A DNA stretch of 64,000 bases from Acidobacteriota bacterium (GCA_019244185.1 JAFATB010000019.1:1-64000); one strand, 5' to 3'. Positions 1-9,697 are shown, numbered from the stretch's first letter. The notes: generated from the letters alone by a model not told the origin. Numbers and translations: made by a program.

Positions 1-568
1 TCGTCATGAAGATGGTCAGCCCTTCGCGTCGCCGGAGGTCGTTCAGGTAGGTCCAGATGTGGCGCCGCGTCTGGGGGTCCAATCCGAGCGTGGGCTCGTC
101 CAGGAACAGGATCTGCGGGTGGTGCAGGATGCCGCGGGCGATCTCCAGCCGCCGCCGCATGCCTCCTGAATACGTGAGAACGAGCGAGCCGGCACGATCG
201 CTGAGCTCGACCATTTCGAGTACCTGCGGGATCCGCTCCTTCTGGAGCTTTGTCGGCATGTCATAGATGTAGGCGTGCAGCCGCAGGTTCTCGCGGCCGC
301 TCAGCTGGCTGTCGAGTGACGGGTCCTGGAAAACAAGTCCGATCCTTGCGCGCACGCGATCCGCTTCGCGTGCGACGTCAAATCCCGCGACCCGCGCAGT
401 ACCTGATGTCGGACGCAGTAGCGTGCAGAGCATGCTGATAGTCGTCGATTTCCCGGCGCCGTTCGGGCCGAGGAAGCCGAAGATCTCGCCGGCGTTGGCG
501 CGGAGCGAGAGACGATCGACGGCCACGAAGTCGCCGTACTTTTTCGTCAGGTTGGCGATGTCGATCAT
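1..568 (-). CDS. ABC transporter ATP-binding protein (DrrA/ABC-2 type), runs off the window start
   Basis: Manual translation from ATG at 568: MIDIANLTKKYGDFVAVD...GFLGPNGAGKST (Walker A)...YSGGMRRRLEIARG (signature)...ILFLDEPTLGLDP (Walker B/D-loop). Not in the ORF track because no stop lies in the window. Confidence 0.9.
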   Translation of the reverse strand, partial: MIDIANLTKKYGDFVAVDRLSLRANAGEIFGFLGPNGAGKSTTISMLCTLLRPTSGTARVAGFDVAREADRVRARIGLVFQDPSLDSQLSGRENLRLHAYIYDMPTKLQKERIPQVLEMVELSDRAGSLVLTYSGGMRRRLEIARGILHHPQILFLDEPTLGLDPQTRRHIWTYLNDLRRREGLTIFMT

Positions 569-596
569 CGGGCCGAGGGTATCATCGCCCCGTTGC

Positions 597-623
597 GGCA
601 ACCTTCATCGACCAAAACCGTAA
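597..623 (+). promoter_or_regulatory. Putative ECF sigma autoregulatory promoter, AAC-N16-CGTA
   Basis: GGCAAC (597-602), 16 nt spacer, CGTAA (619-623), 6 nt before the sigma ATG at 630; fits the SigW/ECF AAC-N16-CGT pattern. Confidence 0.65.
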
Positions 624-629
624 GTACGC

Positions 630-1220
630 ATGGCAGAACGTGAGCAGCTCGATGACCGCACCCTCGTGGAGCGGATCCTCGGCGGCGACCGGGATCTGTT
701 CGGCGTGCTGGTGGCGCGGTACGAAAAACGCGTCGTCAACTACGTGTATCGGATCACGCACCGCTACGAAGAAGCGCACGACCTGACGCAGGAAATCTTC
801 GTGAAGGTGTATCTCGCACTCGACCGCTACGACCCGAAGTACCAGTTCTCGACGTGGCTCTTCCGGATCGCGCAGAACAGCGCCATCGACGCGCTGCGCA
901 AGAAGTCCATCGCCGAGGTGCCGCTGGCGCGTCAGGTAAGCGAGGAGGAGAACGGCAACAAGGAACGCGAGTTCGCCGACGACGGCGTCTCGCCGTATCG
1001 CGCGCTCAAGAACAAGCAGCTCAGCGCCGCCATCGACGACGCGGTGCTCAAGCTGCCGCCGGACTACCGCGAGCTCATCCAGCTCCGCCACTTCGCGGAG
1101 CTCTCGTACGAGGAGATCGCGTCGATGAAGAAGTTGCCCCTCGGCACGGTGAAGAACAAACTGTTCCGAGCGCGGAATTTGCTGAAGGAAGCGCTCGGCT
1201 CGTACGTGGAACCCTTATGA
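630..1220 (+). CDS. ECF RNA polymerase sigma factor (SigW/RpoE-like)
   Basis: Region 2 AHDLTQEIFVKVY...FSTWLFRIAQNSAID; region 4 LSYEEIASMKKLPLGTVKNKLFRAR. Confidence 0.95.
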   Translation: MAEREQLDDRTLVERILGGDRDLFGVLVARYEKRVVNYVYRITHRYEEAHDLTQEIFVKVYLALDRYDPKYQFSTWLFRIAQNSAIDALRKKSIAEVPLARQVSEEENGNKEREFADDGVSPYRALKNKQLSAAIDDAVLKLPPDYRELIQLRHFAELSYEEIASMKKLPLGTVKNKLFRARNLLKEALGSYVEPL

Positions 1221-1651
1221 CCTGCGACGATTACCTGCTGGAGCCGGAAGAGCACGCGGCGCATCTCGCGACCTGCGTGACCTGCCGCGAGCTCGAGGCG
1301 GCCATTCGCGGCGACTTCGACGAGATCGACGCACCGCGCGCGATGAACGTCGACGCGCTGCCGCTCGCACCGTGGGAAGGCGCGTCGCATCGCACCTGGC
1401 CGCTCGTCATCGCGGGACTCGTGGCCGTGCTCGCGCTCTCGGTCGGACTCACCGTCGCCGCGGGCATGTCGTCGATGCACGGCCTCACGTCGATGGTCTA
1501 CTCGACCGTGCCGCCCGTCGAAGGTCTCGTGAAGCTGTTCCAGCACACCGGCCAGGCACTCGGCGCGCCGATGGTCGGCGTGCTGTTCGTCGTGGTGAAT
1601 ACCGTGCTCGTTCTCCTGCTGCGGCGGGCGCCGAAGGGGATCGATGCTTAA
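1217..1651 (+). CDS. Zinc-binding (ZAS) transmembrane anti-sigma factor
   Basis: ATGA overlap with the sigma stop; MTCDD...HLATCVTC (HxxxCxxC) followed by two hydrophobic helices. Confidence 0.85.
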   Translation: MTCDDYLLEPEEHAAHLATCVTCRELEAAIRGDFDEIDAPRAMNVDALPLAPWEGASHRTWPLVIAGLVAVLALSVGLTVAAGMSSMHGLTSMVYSTVPPVEGLVKLFQHTGQALGAPMVGVLFVVVNTVLVLLLRRAPKGIDA

Positions 1652-2543
1652 GTTCTCGCGCCTGCTGGTGCCGCTCACGACGATCGCCGCGATGGTCGCG
1701 CTGGCGATGATTCTCCTGCCGACCGGCGCGACCGGCGCCGAGCGCGCGCCTTCGCCGCAAGCACGCTCGTACGTCTTCGGACACGACGTCACGATCTCCG
1801 AGCCGATGCAGGGCACCGTGCAGGTGTACGGCGGAAGCGTCATCGTGGCGAATCTCATCGCCGGCGATCTGCTCGTCGTCGGTGGAAGCGTGAAGTTCAC
1901 CGGCAACGGCCGCGTGAAGGGCAATCTCATCTACACCGGCGGCAACGTCACCGACGCGGAGAACCGCGTCGACGGCCACGTCTATCCGCTCGCATCGCTC
2001 GAAGGCGCCGCGGCGTCGATGACGAAGAACGCGATCGTCGCGTCGCTGCTGCTCGTGTGGCTCGTCGTCGCGATCGTGGTGACGCTGATGAGCGGCCGCG
2101 AGATCCGCCTGTCCTCCGTCGAAGTCCGCACGAGCGCACTGCATTGCTTCGTCCTCGGCCTCGTCGCGCTGACGAGCTTCGTCCTCACCGCGATCGCGTT
2201 CAGCTATCTGATCCCGTACGTCATCGGCATTCCCCTCCTCGCCGCACTCGCGGTCTTCGCGATCCTGACGAAGGTCTATGGCATGATCGCCGTCTTCCAC
2301 GCGATCGGTACGCTCCTCGCCGGTTCGCGGTCCCGCGCGCAATTCGCGAAACGCACGTGGCTCCGCGGCGACCTCGCCATGGTCGTGATCGGCGTCCTCC
2401 TCCTCGGCGCGATCCGCCTCATCCCCGCCATCGGCACGATCGCCTGGGGCATGGCCTCAATCTTCGGCGTCGGCACCGCCCTCGCGACGAAGTTCGGCCG
2501 CCGCGAGCCATGGTTCCTGGCGTGGCGGCCGGCTGAGGCATAG
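1644..2543 (+). CDS. Membrane protein with N-terminal bactofilin/polymer-forming-like beta-helix and multi-TM C-terminus
   Basis: Signal/TM segment, repeats VxGGSV / GDLLVVGGSV / GNLIYTGGNV, then about 6 hydrophobic segments; overlaps the anti-sigma gene. Confidence 0.7.
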   Translation: MLKFSRLLVPLTTIAAMVALAMILLPTGATGAERAPSPQARSYVFGHDVTISEPMQGTVQVYGGSVIVANLIAGDLLVVGGSVKFTGNGRVKGNLIYTGGNVTDAENRVDGHVYPLASLEGAAASMTKNAIVASLLLVWLVVAIVVTLMSGREIRLSSVEVRTSALHCFVLGLVALTSFVLTAIAFSYLIPYVIGIPLLAALAVFAILTKVYGMIAVFHAIGTLLAGSRSRAQFAKRTWLRGDLAMVVIGVLLLGAIRLIPAIGTIAWGMASIFGVGTALATKFGRREPWFLAWRPAEA

Positions 2544-2551
2544 AGCTGACC

Positions 2552-2714
2552 GACCGAGAGCGCCTCCGGCGGGGCGGCGCGGCCGCCTGCGCTAAGGGCC
2601 TAGCCGATCGACACGTGCGGCTGCCATAAACATCATTCAGAGCAGCCGCACGTGCGGATAGGCTAGGCCCTAAGCGCAGCCGGCCGCGCCGGCCCGCCGG
2701 AGGCGCTCCCGGTC
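2552..2714. repeat. Long imperfect palindromic intergenic element, copy A
   Basis: Arm GAGCGCCTCCGGCGGG...GCTAAGGGCCTAGCC...CACGTGCGGCTGC and its reverse complement around a ~17 nt loop; homologous copies at 14181, 20466 and 62569. Confidence 0.9.
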
Positions 2715-3948
2715 AGATATTCTCGACGATGTAGCGCGCGAACTCGCTCGTCTTCACCTTGGTCGCGCCTTCCATCTGGCGCTCGAGGTCGTAGGTCACG
2801 CGCTTCTGCTGGATCGTCTTTGCGACGCCGCGCTCGATGCCGTCGGCGGCTTCGAACCACTTCAGGTGGCGGAGGAGCATCACGCCGGAGAGGATCAGCG
2901 AGCCGGGGTTGATGACGTCCTGGTTCGCGTATTTTGGCGCCGTGCCGTGGGTGGCCTCGAAGATCGCGACCTCGTCGGATTCGTTCGAGCCGGGAGCCAT
3001 GCCGAGGCCGCCGACCTGGGCGGCGAGGGCATCGGAGAGATAGTCGCCGTTGAGGTTCGTCGTCGCGATCACCGAGTACTCGGACGGGCGGAGGAGAACC
3101 TGCTGGAACATCGAGTCGGCGATGCGGTCCTTGATCACGATCTTGCCCGCGGGCGCGGCGCCGCTGAGCTCCGACTCGGGGATCGTCACGTCGCCGAACT
3201 CCTCCTTCGCCAGTTGGTAGCCCCAGTCCTTGAAGGCGCCCTCGGTGAACTTCATGATGTTGCCCTTGTGCACCAGCGTCACGGAATCGCGCTTCGTCGC
3301 GATCGCATACTCGATCGCTTTGCGCACGAGGCGCTTCGAGCCGAATTCGGACACCGGCTTGATGCCGATCGCGGAGCCCTCGCGGATCTTGCCGGACGTG
3401 CGGCGCTCCATCGAGTTGAGGAACTCGATCACCTGATTGGCGAGGTCCGACTGCGCGGGCCATTCGATGCCCGCGTACACGTCTTCCGTGTTCTCGCGGA
3501 AGATCACCATGTCGACCTTCTGCGGCTCGCGCACGGGCGAAGGCACGCCGTCGAAGTAGCGCACCGGACGCACGCAGGCGTAAAGGTCAAGTACTTGACG
3601 AAGGGTGACGTTCAGCGAGCGGATGCCGCCGCCGACCGGCGTCGAGAGCGGTCCTTTGATCGACACGCGATAGTGCGCGAGCTGGTCGAGCGTCTCCTGC
3701 GGCAGGTACTCGCCGAACTGCGCGAACGCCTTGTCGCCGGCGAAGACCTCGTGCCAGTGGATCTTGCGCTTGCCGCCGTACACCTTCTCCACCGCGCCGT
3801 CGATGACATACCGCGTCGCGCGCCAGATGTCGGGGCCGGTGCCGTCGCCTTCGATGAAGGGAATCACCGGATCGTCGGGGACGACGAGGCGGTTGTTCTC
3901 GTAGCCGATGCGGGTGCCGGACGTGGGTTGCGCGATGCGGTTCGCCAT
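2713..3948 (-). CDS. icd: NADP-dependent isocitrate dehydrogenase (E. coli type)
   Basis: [85 protein letters not shown]; start taken at MANRIAQ. Confidence 0.97.
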   Translation of the reverse strand: MANRIAQPTSGTRIGYENNRLVVPDDPVIPFIEGDGTGPDIWRATRYVIDGAVEKVYGGKRKIHWHEVFAGDKAFAQFGEYLPQETLDQLAHYRVSIKGPLSTPVGGGIRSLNVTLRQVLDLYACVRPVRYFDGVPSPVREPQKVDMVIFRENTEDVYAGIEWPAQSDLANQVIEFLNSMERRTSGKIREGSAIGIKPVSEFGSKRLVRKAIEYAIATKRDSVTLVHKGNIMKFTEGAFKDWGYQLAKEEFGDVTIPESELSGAAPAGKIVIKDRIADSMFQQVLLRPSEYSVIATTNLNGDYLSDALAAQVGGLGMAPGSNESDEVAIFEATHGTAPKYANQDVINPGSLILSGVMLLRHLKWFEAADGIERGVAKTIQQKRVTYDLERQMEGATKVKTSEFARYIVENI

Positions 3949-3961
3949 ATGGCGCGCGACT

Positions 3962-4903
3962 CTACTGAAACCGCGCTTCTCGGGCAACACGCACGACGCG
4001 GCGCGGCGCGCGCACACGACGCTTCTTCGGCGCCTCGCCGATCAGCGCGCGCAACCTCGCGAGGTTCTGCTGATCGCTCACGGTCTCGATCGGCTTCGGC
4101 GTCTCGATGAGCTTCGGGATGCGCGTGAAGCGCGGGTCGTTGAGCAGGAAGCGGAACGGCTCGAGGCCGAGGTGGCCGTCGCCGATGTGCTCGTGGCGAT
4201 CGACGCGCGCGCCGAGGGGCTTTTTCGAGTCGTTGAGGTGAAACGCGCCGACGTGATCGAGACCGACGAAGCGGTCCATCTCGTCGATGGCGCGCTCGTA
4301 GCCGTCGCGCGTACGGAGCTCGTAACCGGCGGCGAAGACGTGGCAGGTATCGAAGCAGATGCCGACGCGCCGGTTGTCGTCGACGCGCGCGCGCATCTGG
4401 CCGAGCTCTTCGAACGTGCAGCCGAGGCACGTGCCTTGTCCCGCCGCGGTCTCGAGCAGCGTCACGACGCGATGGTGCGGAATCGCGGCGTGGATCTCGT
4501 CGAGCGAACGCGCGATCTGGTCGATGCCCGCATGTGCGCCGGCGCCGAGGTGTGCGCCGGGATGGAGGACGACGGCGTGGATGCCGAGGCGTTCGGCGCG
4601 ATCGAGCTCGTCGATCATGGCCGCGATCGACTTGCGCAGAACGACGGCGTCGGTCGAGGCGAGGTTGATGAGATACGACGCGTGCGTCAGGAGCGGCTGC
4701 ACGTTGCGCTGCGCGTGAAACGTCGCGCAGTCGTCATCGGTGAGCGTCTTGCCTTTCCATTGATTGCCATTCTTCGCGAAGAGCGCCGCGCAGGACGCAT
4801 CGATCGCCGACGCGCGCTCGAAGATCGTGTGCAGACCGCCGCGGGTCGAGAGGTGGGCACCGATGAGATCGCCGGGAGCATCCGGGAACGCGAAGCGGGA
4901 CAT
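3962..4903 (-). CDS. nfo: Endonuclease IV (AP endonuclease family 2)
   Basis: [63 protein letters not shown]. Confidence 0.95.
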   Translation of the reverse strand: MSRFAFPDAPGDLIGAHLSTRGGLHTIFERASAIDASCAALFAKNGNQWKGKTLTDDDCATFHAQRNVQPLLTHASYLINLASTDAVVLRKSIAAMIDELDRAERLGIHAVVLHPGAHLGAGAHAGIDQIARSLDEIHAAIPHHRVVTLLETAAGQGTCLGCTFEELGQMRARVDDNRRVGICFDTCHVFAAGYELRTRDGYERAIDEMDRFVGLDHVGAFHLNDSKKPLGARVDRHEHIGDGHLGLEPFRFLLNDPRFTRIPKLIETPKPIETVSDQQNLARLRALIGEAPKKRRVRAPRRVVRVAREARFQ

Positions 4904-4921
4904 GAGACGCGTCGGAACGCG

Positions 4922-5950
4922 TCACTGCAGTCTGAAATTCACCGTCACCGTGTAGTAGACGTCGATCGGCTCGCCGCGATACGTCGCGGGGCGGAACGTC
5001 CAGCGGCTGACGGCGCGTCGCGCCTCGTCGCCGAGGCCGTATGGGAGATCGCGGATGACTTCGACGTTGTCGATCGTGCCGTCGCGGCGGACGATCCCGC
5101 GCACGACGACGGGACCTTGCACGCCCGCGCGGCGCGCGGCGGCGGGATAGCGCGGCATCACGCGCGCGAGCTCCTCCGGCTGCGTGCCGCCGGGAGGCAC
5201 GGCGCTGTAGACGCTCGCCGTGCGCTCGGCAGGCTCTTCCGGCTGCGGCGTGGGCTCGGGCTCCGCCGGCGGCGGCTCCGTCATCGCGGTATCCGCGACG
5301 GCGGGCGGCGCCTCGACTGTATCGGTGCTCGTCGCCGTCGGCGGCGGTTCGGCGCTCGAGGTCTGCACGTCGAGCTGGCGCGAGCCGGAGGCGCTGACGT
5401 CGATGGCGTCGACGTCGGCGTATGCGATCGCACCGTCTTTGTCGATCGCGTAGAAGTCGTGGTCGCGCGTGAAGACGGTGACGTTGTTGCCGTCTGCGAG
5501 CTCGCCGACGAGCGGATAGAAGATGCCGGGACCGGCGTAGAGCTGCGTGCGTTCGGTGGCGACGCCTTTGAGCGGCGGCAGTTTGCGGATCGCGGCGTAG
5601 CGCGCGACGCGACGTTGTTGTTCGGCGGCGCGCTCGAGGTTCGCGCGCTCGGCCCAGCCGGTGAGGTTGTCGCTCGTCTGCACTTTCACCCACGCGCCGC
5701 GATCTTCGACGAGCGTGAGGCGCTCGCCGCTCGTGGCGGTCGCGACGACGGGCGCGCGCGCGTGCGGCTCGGTGCGGATGCGGATGCGCATCGGCAGCAC
5801 CATGAGCGTCTCGCTCGCGGGCGCGTCTTTCGATTCCGATTTCCCGCCGCCGGTCTTGAGAAGGATGAGCGCCAGCAGCGCGAAGAAGATCACGCCGAGG
5901 AGGATCACGACGACGAGCCCGCGTCCGTGACGCGTTTGGGAGTCGGCCAT
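4922..5950 (-). CDS. TonB family protein with tandem SH3-like domains
   Basis: N-terminal TM anchor; two SH3b-like segments (RIRTEP...WVKVQTSDNLTGW; LYAGPGIFYPLVGEL...IAYAD); Pro-rich linker; TonB C-terminus PRYPAAARRAGVQGPVVVRGIVRRDG...WTFRPA. Confidence 0.85.
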   Translation of the reverse strand: MADSQTRHGRGLVVVILLGVIFFALLALILLKTGGGKSESKDAPASETLMVLPMRIRIRTEPHARAPVVATATSGERLTLVEDRGAWVKVQTSDNLTGWAERANLERAAEQQRRVARYAAIRKLPPLKGVATERTQLYAGPGIFYPLVGELADGNNVTVFTRDHDFYAIDKDGAIAYADVDAIDVSASGSRQLDVQTSSAEPPPTATSTDTVEAPPAVADTAMTEPPPAEPEPTPQPEEPAERTASVYSAVPPGGTQPEELARVMPRYPAAARRAGVQGPVVVRGIVRRDGTIDNVEVIRDLPYGLGDEARRAVSRWTFRPATYRGEPIDVYYTVTVNFRLQ

Positions 5951-6874
5951 CTATTTCTTCATGAGCGCGTGCAGGATCGCCTTCTGGATGTGCAGCCGGT
6001 TCTCGGCTTCGTCGTAGATCACCGACTGCGCGCCGTCGATCACATCCGCGGAGACTTCCTCGCCGCGATGCGCGGGAAGGCAATGCATGAAGACGGCCTC
6101 CTTGCGGGCGAGACCCATGAAGCGCGCGTCGATCATCCACCCTTCGAAGTCGCGGCGGCGTTTCTCCGCCTCGTCTTCCTGTCCCATCGACGCCCAGACG
6201 TCGGTCTCGACGACGTCGGCGCCTTCGACGGCTTCCTCGATCGAGTGCGTGAGGATCAGCTTCGTGCCGGCGTCCTGCGCGTCCGACTGCGCCTGCGCGA
6301 TGACGCCGGGATCGGGGCCGTAGCCGGCGGGCGTGGCGACGGCGATGTCCATCCCCACTTTCGGCGCACCGAACATGAGCGAATGGGCCATGTTGTTGCC
6401 GTCGCCGACGTACGCGAGCTTGCGTCCTTTGAGCTCGCCGCCGAATTTTTCCCACGCGGTGAAGTAGTCCGTCATGGCCTGACACGGATGCGAGAGATCG
6501 GTGAGGCCGTTGATCACGGGGACGCTCGCGTATTCGGCGAGGTCGGTTACGGTCTTGTGCGCGAACGTGCGGGCCATGATGCCGTCGACGTAGCGCGCGA
6601 GCACTTTCGCGGTGTCGTAGATCGGCTCGCCGCGGCCGAGCTGGATGTCGCGCGCGGAGAGAAACAGCGCGTGGCCGCCGAGCTGGAACATGCCGGCCTC
6701 GAACGAGACGCGCGTACGCGTCGACGATTTCTCGAAGATCATCGCCAGCGTCTGTCCTTCGAGCGCGTCGCGGAACTTCTTCGGCTTCGCCTTCATCTCG
6801 GCGGCGAGCGCGAAGATTTCGAGGACTTCGGCGGCGGTGTAGTCGTGGATTTCGATGAAGTCTTTGTGGCGCAT
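5951..6874 (-). CDS. argF: Ornithine carbamoyltransferase
   Basis: FEKSSTRTRVSFE, HPCQA, GDGNNMA, TDVWASMGQE, FMHCLPAHRGEEV, AENRLH; start MRHKDF. Confidence 0.97.
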   Translation of the reverse strand: MRHKDFIEIHDYTAAEVLEIFALAAEMKAKPKKFRDALEGQTLAMIFEKSSTRTRVSFEAGMFQLGGHALFLSARDIQLGRGEPIYDTAKVLARYVDGIMARTFAHKTVTDLAEYASVPVINGLTDLSHPCQAMTDYFTAWEKFGGELKGRKLAYVGDGNNMAHSLMFGAPKVGMDIAVATPAGYGPDPGVIAQAQSDAQDAGTKLILTHSIEEAVEGADVVETDVWASMGQEDEAEKRRRDFEGWMIDARFMGLARKEAVFMHCLPAHRGEEVSADVIDGAQSVIYDEAENRLHIQKAILHALMKK

Positions 6875-6914
6875 ACGGGCGCGTATTCTATGCGCGGCAG
6901 CGTATGATCGCGCC

Positions 6915-7367
6915 GTGACCTGGCAGGTCCCGATGATCGAAGTGGCGGTCACGGTCGCGATCGCCGGTCTCGATCCCGAAGAGCACTTTCTGTATCTCGC
7001 GCCGCTGTCGGACCGGCGCGAAGGACCGGAGTCGGTCGCCGATTATCTGAACGGCCGCCGGCGCTTCTTCCCGATGATCTCCGCGGGCGTGCCGAAGATG
7101 ATCAACCGCGACGCCGTGCTGTGGCTGAAGTACGAGAAGCTGCCGGACGTCGCGGAGCTGGAAATGACGCTCATCGAGAAGCTGACGATCCTCGAGCTCG
7201 CCGACGGCTCGCGCATCGAGGGCGTGATCCCGATCGACCGGCCGCGCGAGCAGTCGCGCATCTCCGACGTCCTCAACGATCCGCGCGAGGAGTTCGTGCG
7301 CATCGACGACGAGAGCGAGACCTACTACGTGAACAAGAAGTTCATCCGGCAAGTCATCCCTCGCTGA
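6915..7367 (+). CDS. Hypothetical protein with two internally repeated small beta domains
   Basis: Host-like codon usage; repeated halves (ESVADYLN...FFP...MINRDAV and SRISDVLN...EFVR...YVNKKFI); TATGAT 6 nt before the GTG. Confidence 0.7.
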   Translation: MTWQVPMIEVAVTVAIAGLDPEEHFLYLAPLSDRREGPESVADYLNGRRRFFPMISAGVPKMINRDAVLWLKYEKLPDVAELEMTLIEKLTILELADGSRIEGVIPIDRPREQSRISDVLNDPREEFVRIDDESETYYVNKKFIRQVIPR

Positions 7368-7408
7368 ACTGCTGAATGAAGAACGCAGAACGCAGAATTG
7401 AGAAGCGA

Positions 7409-8161
7409 TCAGCGATCGAGCAGTGCCGCCGGTGCGCGGCCTTCTTCGACGAGCTTGATGAGATGCGCGGTGAGCTGGATCTCTGCGGCGTGCGCGAGGC
7501 GCGGATCGAGCTCGGGATAGATGCGCGCGCGCATCGCGGCGACGTTCGCGTCGCCGGCGGCGATGGCGTCGAGCACCTGGCGCTCGCGTTCGCGGCGGTG
7601 CGCGAGGTATTCGTCGATCAGCGCGACGGCGTCGTCGCGGATCGGGCCGTGCGCGGGAAAGATGCGGCGCGGAGTCCGCGCGCGGAGCGTTTCGAGCGAG
7701 CGGAGGTAGTCGCCCATGTGGCCGTCGGGCGGAAAGATCGCCGTGGTGCCGCTGCCGAGGATCGTGTCGCCGGTGAAGAGATCGCCGTCGTTTGTGAGAT
7801 AGCAGACGTGCTCGTTGGTGTGGCCGGGCGTGGCGATCACCTCGAGCGTGCCGTCGTCGAGCGCGAGCACTTCGCCGCCGTGGACGCGCGTGTCGACGAC
7901 GGAATCATCGAGCACGTTGCGCGGCGCGAGGACGCGCGCGCCGGTCGCGGCTTTCAGCGGGATCGCAGCAGGCGCGTGATCGCCGTGACGATGCGTGATG
8001 AGGATCGTGTCGAGTTGCGGCAGCGCGGCACGAATCGCGTCGATGTGCGACTCGATCGCGGGACCGGGATCGATCACGGCGCGGTCGCCGACGAGATAGG
8101 TGCGCGTGCCGTCGAGCGTGAAGGGGCCGGGATTCGGCGCGGTGAGGGAGCGGATGTTCAT
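7409..8161 (-). CDS. MBL-fold metallo-hydrolase (LACTB2-like)
   Basis: APNPGPFTLDGTRTY, THRHGDH, TPGHT, FTGDTILG, PAHG; start overlaps the NUDIX stop. Confidence 0.92.
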   Translation of the reverse strand: MNIRSLTAPNPGPFTLDGTRTYLVGDRAVIDPGPAIESHIDAIRAALPQLDTILITHRHGDHAPAAIPLKAATGARVLAPRNVLDDSVVDTRVHGGEVLALDDGTLEVIATPGHTNEHVCYLTNDGDLFTGDTILGSGTTAIFPPDGHMGDYLRSLETLRARTPRRIFPAHGPIRDDAVALIDEYLAHRRERERQVLDAIAAGDANVAAMRARIYPELDPRLAHAAEIQLTAHLIKLVEEGRAPAALLDR

Positions 8162-8802
8162 CGCAGGACCGGCTTGCCGTTGACGAGCACCGGCTCGATC
8201 GGCTCGATGATCGCGCTGCGGCGCGCGGCGAGCAGTGCGTCGACACTCGTGAACGTCGCGATCGCCTCGAGGTTCTTGCGCGTCGGAAAGACCAGTTGCA
8301 GGTCGCCGCGTAACGCATCGTGCGGCGCGACCCACGTGAAGTCGGTCATCTCCTCACGATCGACGCTGGCGCTCGCAGTCCGTGGAACGGCCGCGAGAAA
8401 AAAATACGTGTCGAAGCGCTTCGGCACGCCAACGGGCGTGATCCAGCGCGACGTCCAGACGAGCGCTTCGAAATCGATCGGCGCTTCGGCGATCAGCTCG
8501 CGAAATGCGATGCGTCCTTCGAGCATCGCGCGGCGTTTTTCTTCGGCATCGTGCAGTGCCGCGCCGAGCCAGAGTCCCGATTCCTCGAACGTTTCGCGCG
8601 CGGCGGTGATGCGCATCGTGGCGAGCGTGGAGCCGTCGCCGAGCTCCGCGTCCTGCGGCTCGGCGATGCCGCCGGGAAAGACCCACGCGTTCGGCATGAA
8701 CGAGCTCTTCTCGTGACGCCGCAGCAGCAGCACCTCGAGCGGCGCGTCGCGCACGACGATCGCGCTCGCGGCGGGCAGCGGCGTCACGAGCGTCCCTGCC
8801 AT
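8158..8802 (-). CDS. NUDIX hydrolase (Nudt19-like)
   Basis: WVFPGG...AARETFEESG Nudix box; RWITP...KRFDTYFF. Confidence 0.9.
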   Translation of the reverse strand: MAGTLVTPLPAASAIVVRDAPLEVLLLRRHEKSSFMPNAWVFPGGIAEPQDAELGDGSTLATMRITAARETFEESGLWLGAALHDAEEKRRAMLEGRIAFRELIAEAPIDFEALVWTSRWITPVGVPKRFDTYFFLAAVPRTASASVDREEMTDFTWVAPHDALRGDLQLVFPTRKNLEAIATFTSVDALLAARRSAIIEPIEPVLVNGKPVLR

Positions 8803-9197
8803 CCCACCCACTCCTCGCCGTCCGGTCCGCGTTCTTTCTTCCAGATCGGAACCGTCTCCTTGATGCGATCGATCAGCGCCCGGCACGCCGCGAACGCCTC
8901 GGCACGATGCGGCGACGCAGCCACGATGGCGATCGACGACTCGCCCACGTCGAGTTGTCCCAGCCGATGCTGTACCGCGACGGCCGTCTCCGGGAACTCC
9001 GTCTCGACGTCGCGCACGATGCGCGCGAGCTCCTTCTCCGCCATCGGCCGGTAGGCGTCGTAGAAGATGGACGTGACCGCCTTGCCGTGATGGTGATTGC
9101 GCACGACGCCTTCGAACAGTACGTACGCGCCGTCGGACGCGCGCATCACGCGCGCGACGAGCGCGCGCGGATCGAGGGGAGCGTCGGTGAGGAACAT
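8784..9197 (-). CDS. moaE: Molybdopterin synthase catalytic subunit
   Basis: GAYVLFEGVVRN, AYRPMAE, HRLGQL, SPHRAEAF, IDRIKETVPIWKKE. Confidence 0.95.
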   Translation of the reverse strand: MFLTDAPLDPRALVARVMRASDGAYVLFEGVVRNHHHGKAVTSIFYDAYRPMAEKELARIVRDVETEFPETAVAVQHRLGQLDVGESSIAIVAASPHRAEAFAACRALIDRIKETVPIWKKERGPDGEEWVGWQGRS

Positions 9198-9207
9198 CGG
9201 GGAAAGT

Positions 9208-9453
9208 CTATCCCCCCGCCACCGGCGGGATGAACGCGAGTTCGTCGCCGTCGCGCAGCACGCTGTCGGGCGCGGCGTAGCTCTCGTTGATCGCCGTCAT
9301 CGGCGGCTGCAGGTAGTCGTGCAGCAGCGGATGTTCGTCGCGCAGCGACTGCCAGACGTCGCGCGCGGTGGTGCCTTCCGCGAGCACGAGGTCGCGCGTG
9401 TCGGCGCCGGCGATGTCGCGCAGCACGGCGAAGAAGAGGAGCCTCACCTTCAT
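9208..9453 (-). CDS. moaD: Molybdopterin synthase sulfur carrier subunit
   Basis: MKVRLLFFAVLRD...GDELAFIPPVAGG with C-terminal GG; adjacent to moaE. Confidence 0.95.
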   Translation of the reverse strand: MKVRLLFFAVLRDIAGADTRDLVLAEGTTARDVWQSLRDEHPLLHDYLQPPMTAINESYAAPDSVLRDGDELAFIPPVAGG

Positions 9454-9487
9454 CGGTTGGATTCTAGTCGTTAGAATGACGTCCTCG

Positions 9488-9697
9488 ATGCCTCGCTTCG
9501 ACGCGCAAACGATCGTCCGCGACGCGCTTTCCCTCCATCCAAGCGCGCGCTGGGTCTTCGCCGCGTATCACCTCAGCGGCTGCCGCGGCTGCGAGCGTTC
9601 CGATCACGAAACGCTCGCCGAGCTCGCCGACGGTTACCGCATTCCGCTCGAACGCTTCCTCGCGGATCTCAACTCGCTGCTAGAACGCCCAGCGTAA
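9488..9697 (+). CDS. Small CxxC protein, DUF1858 / redox disulfide domain-like
   Basis: TIVRDALSLHPSARWVFAAYHLSGCRGC...ETLAELADGYRIPLERFLADLN. Confidence 0.75.
   Translation: MPRFDAQTIVRDALSLHPSARWVFAAYHLSGCRGCERSDHETLAELADGYRIPLERFLADLNSLLERPA

Noticed and set aside
3908-6907. 999-aa + strand ORF and similar long shadow ORFs (e.g. 15086-17203, 34401-36824, 52650-54698)
   Set aside because: They are antisense mirrors of well-identified genes; stop-poor frames are expected at this GC and codon bias.
7363-7405. Short GCTGAA / GAACGCA repeats between convergent genes
   Set aside because: Only two copies of each and no second locus in the window; too weak to call.
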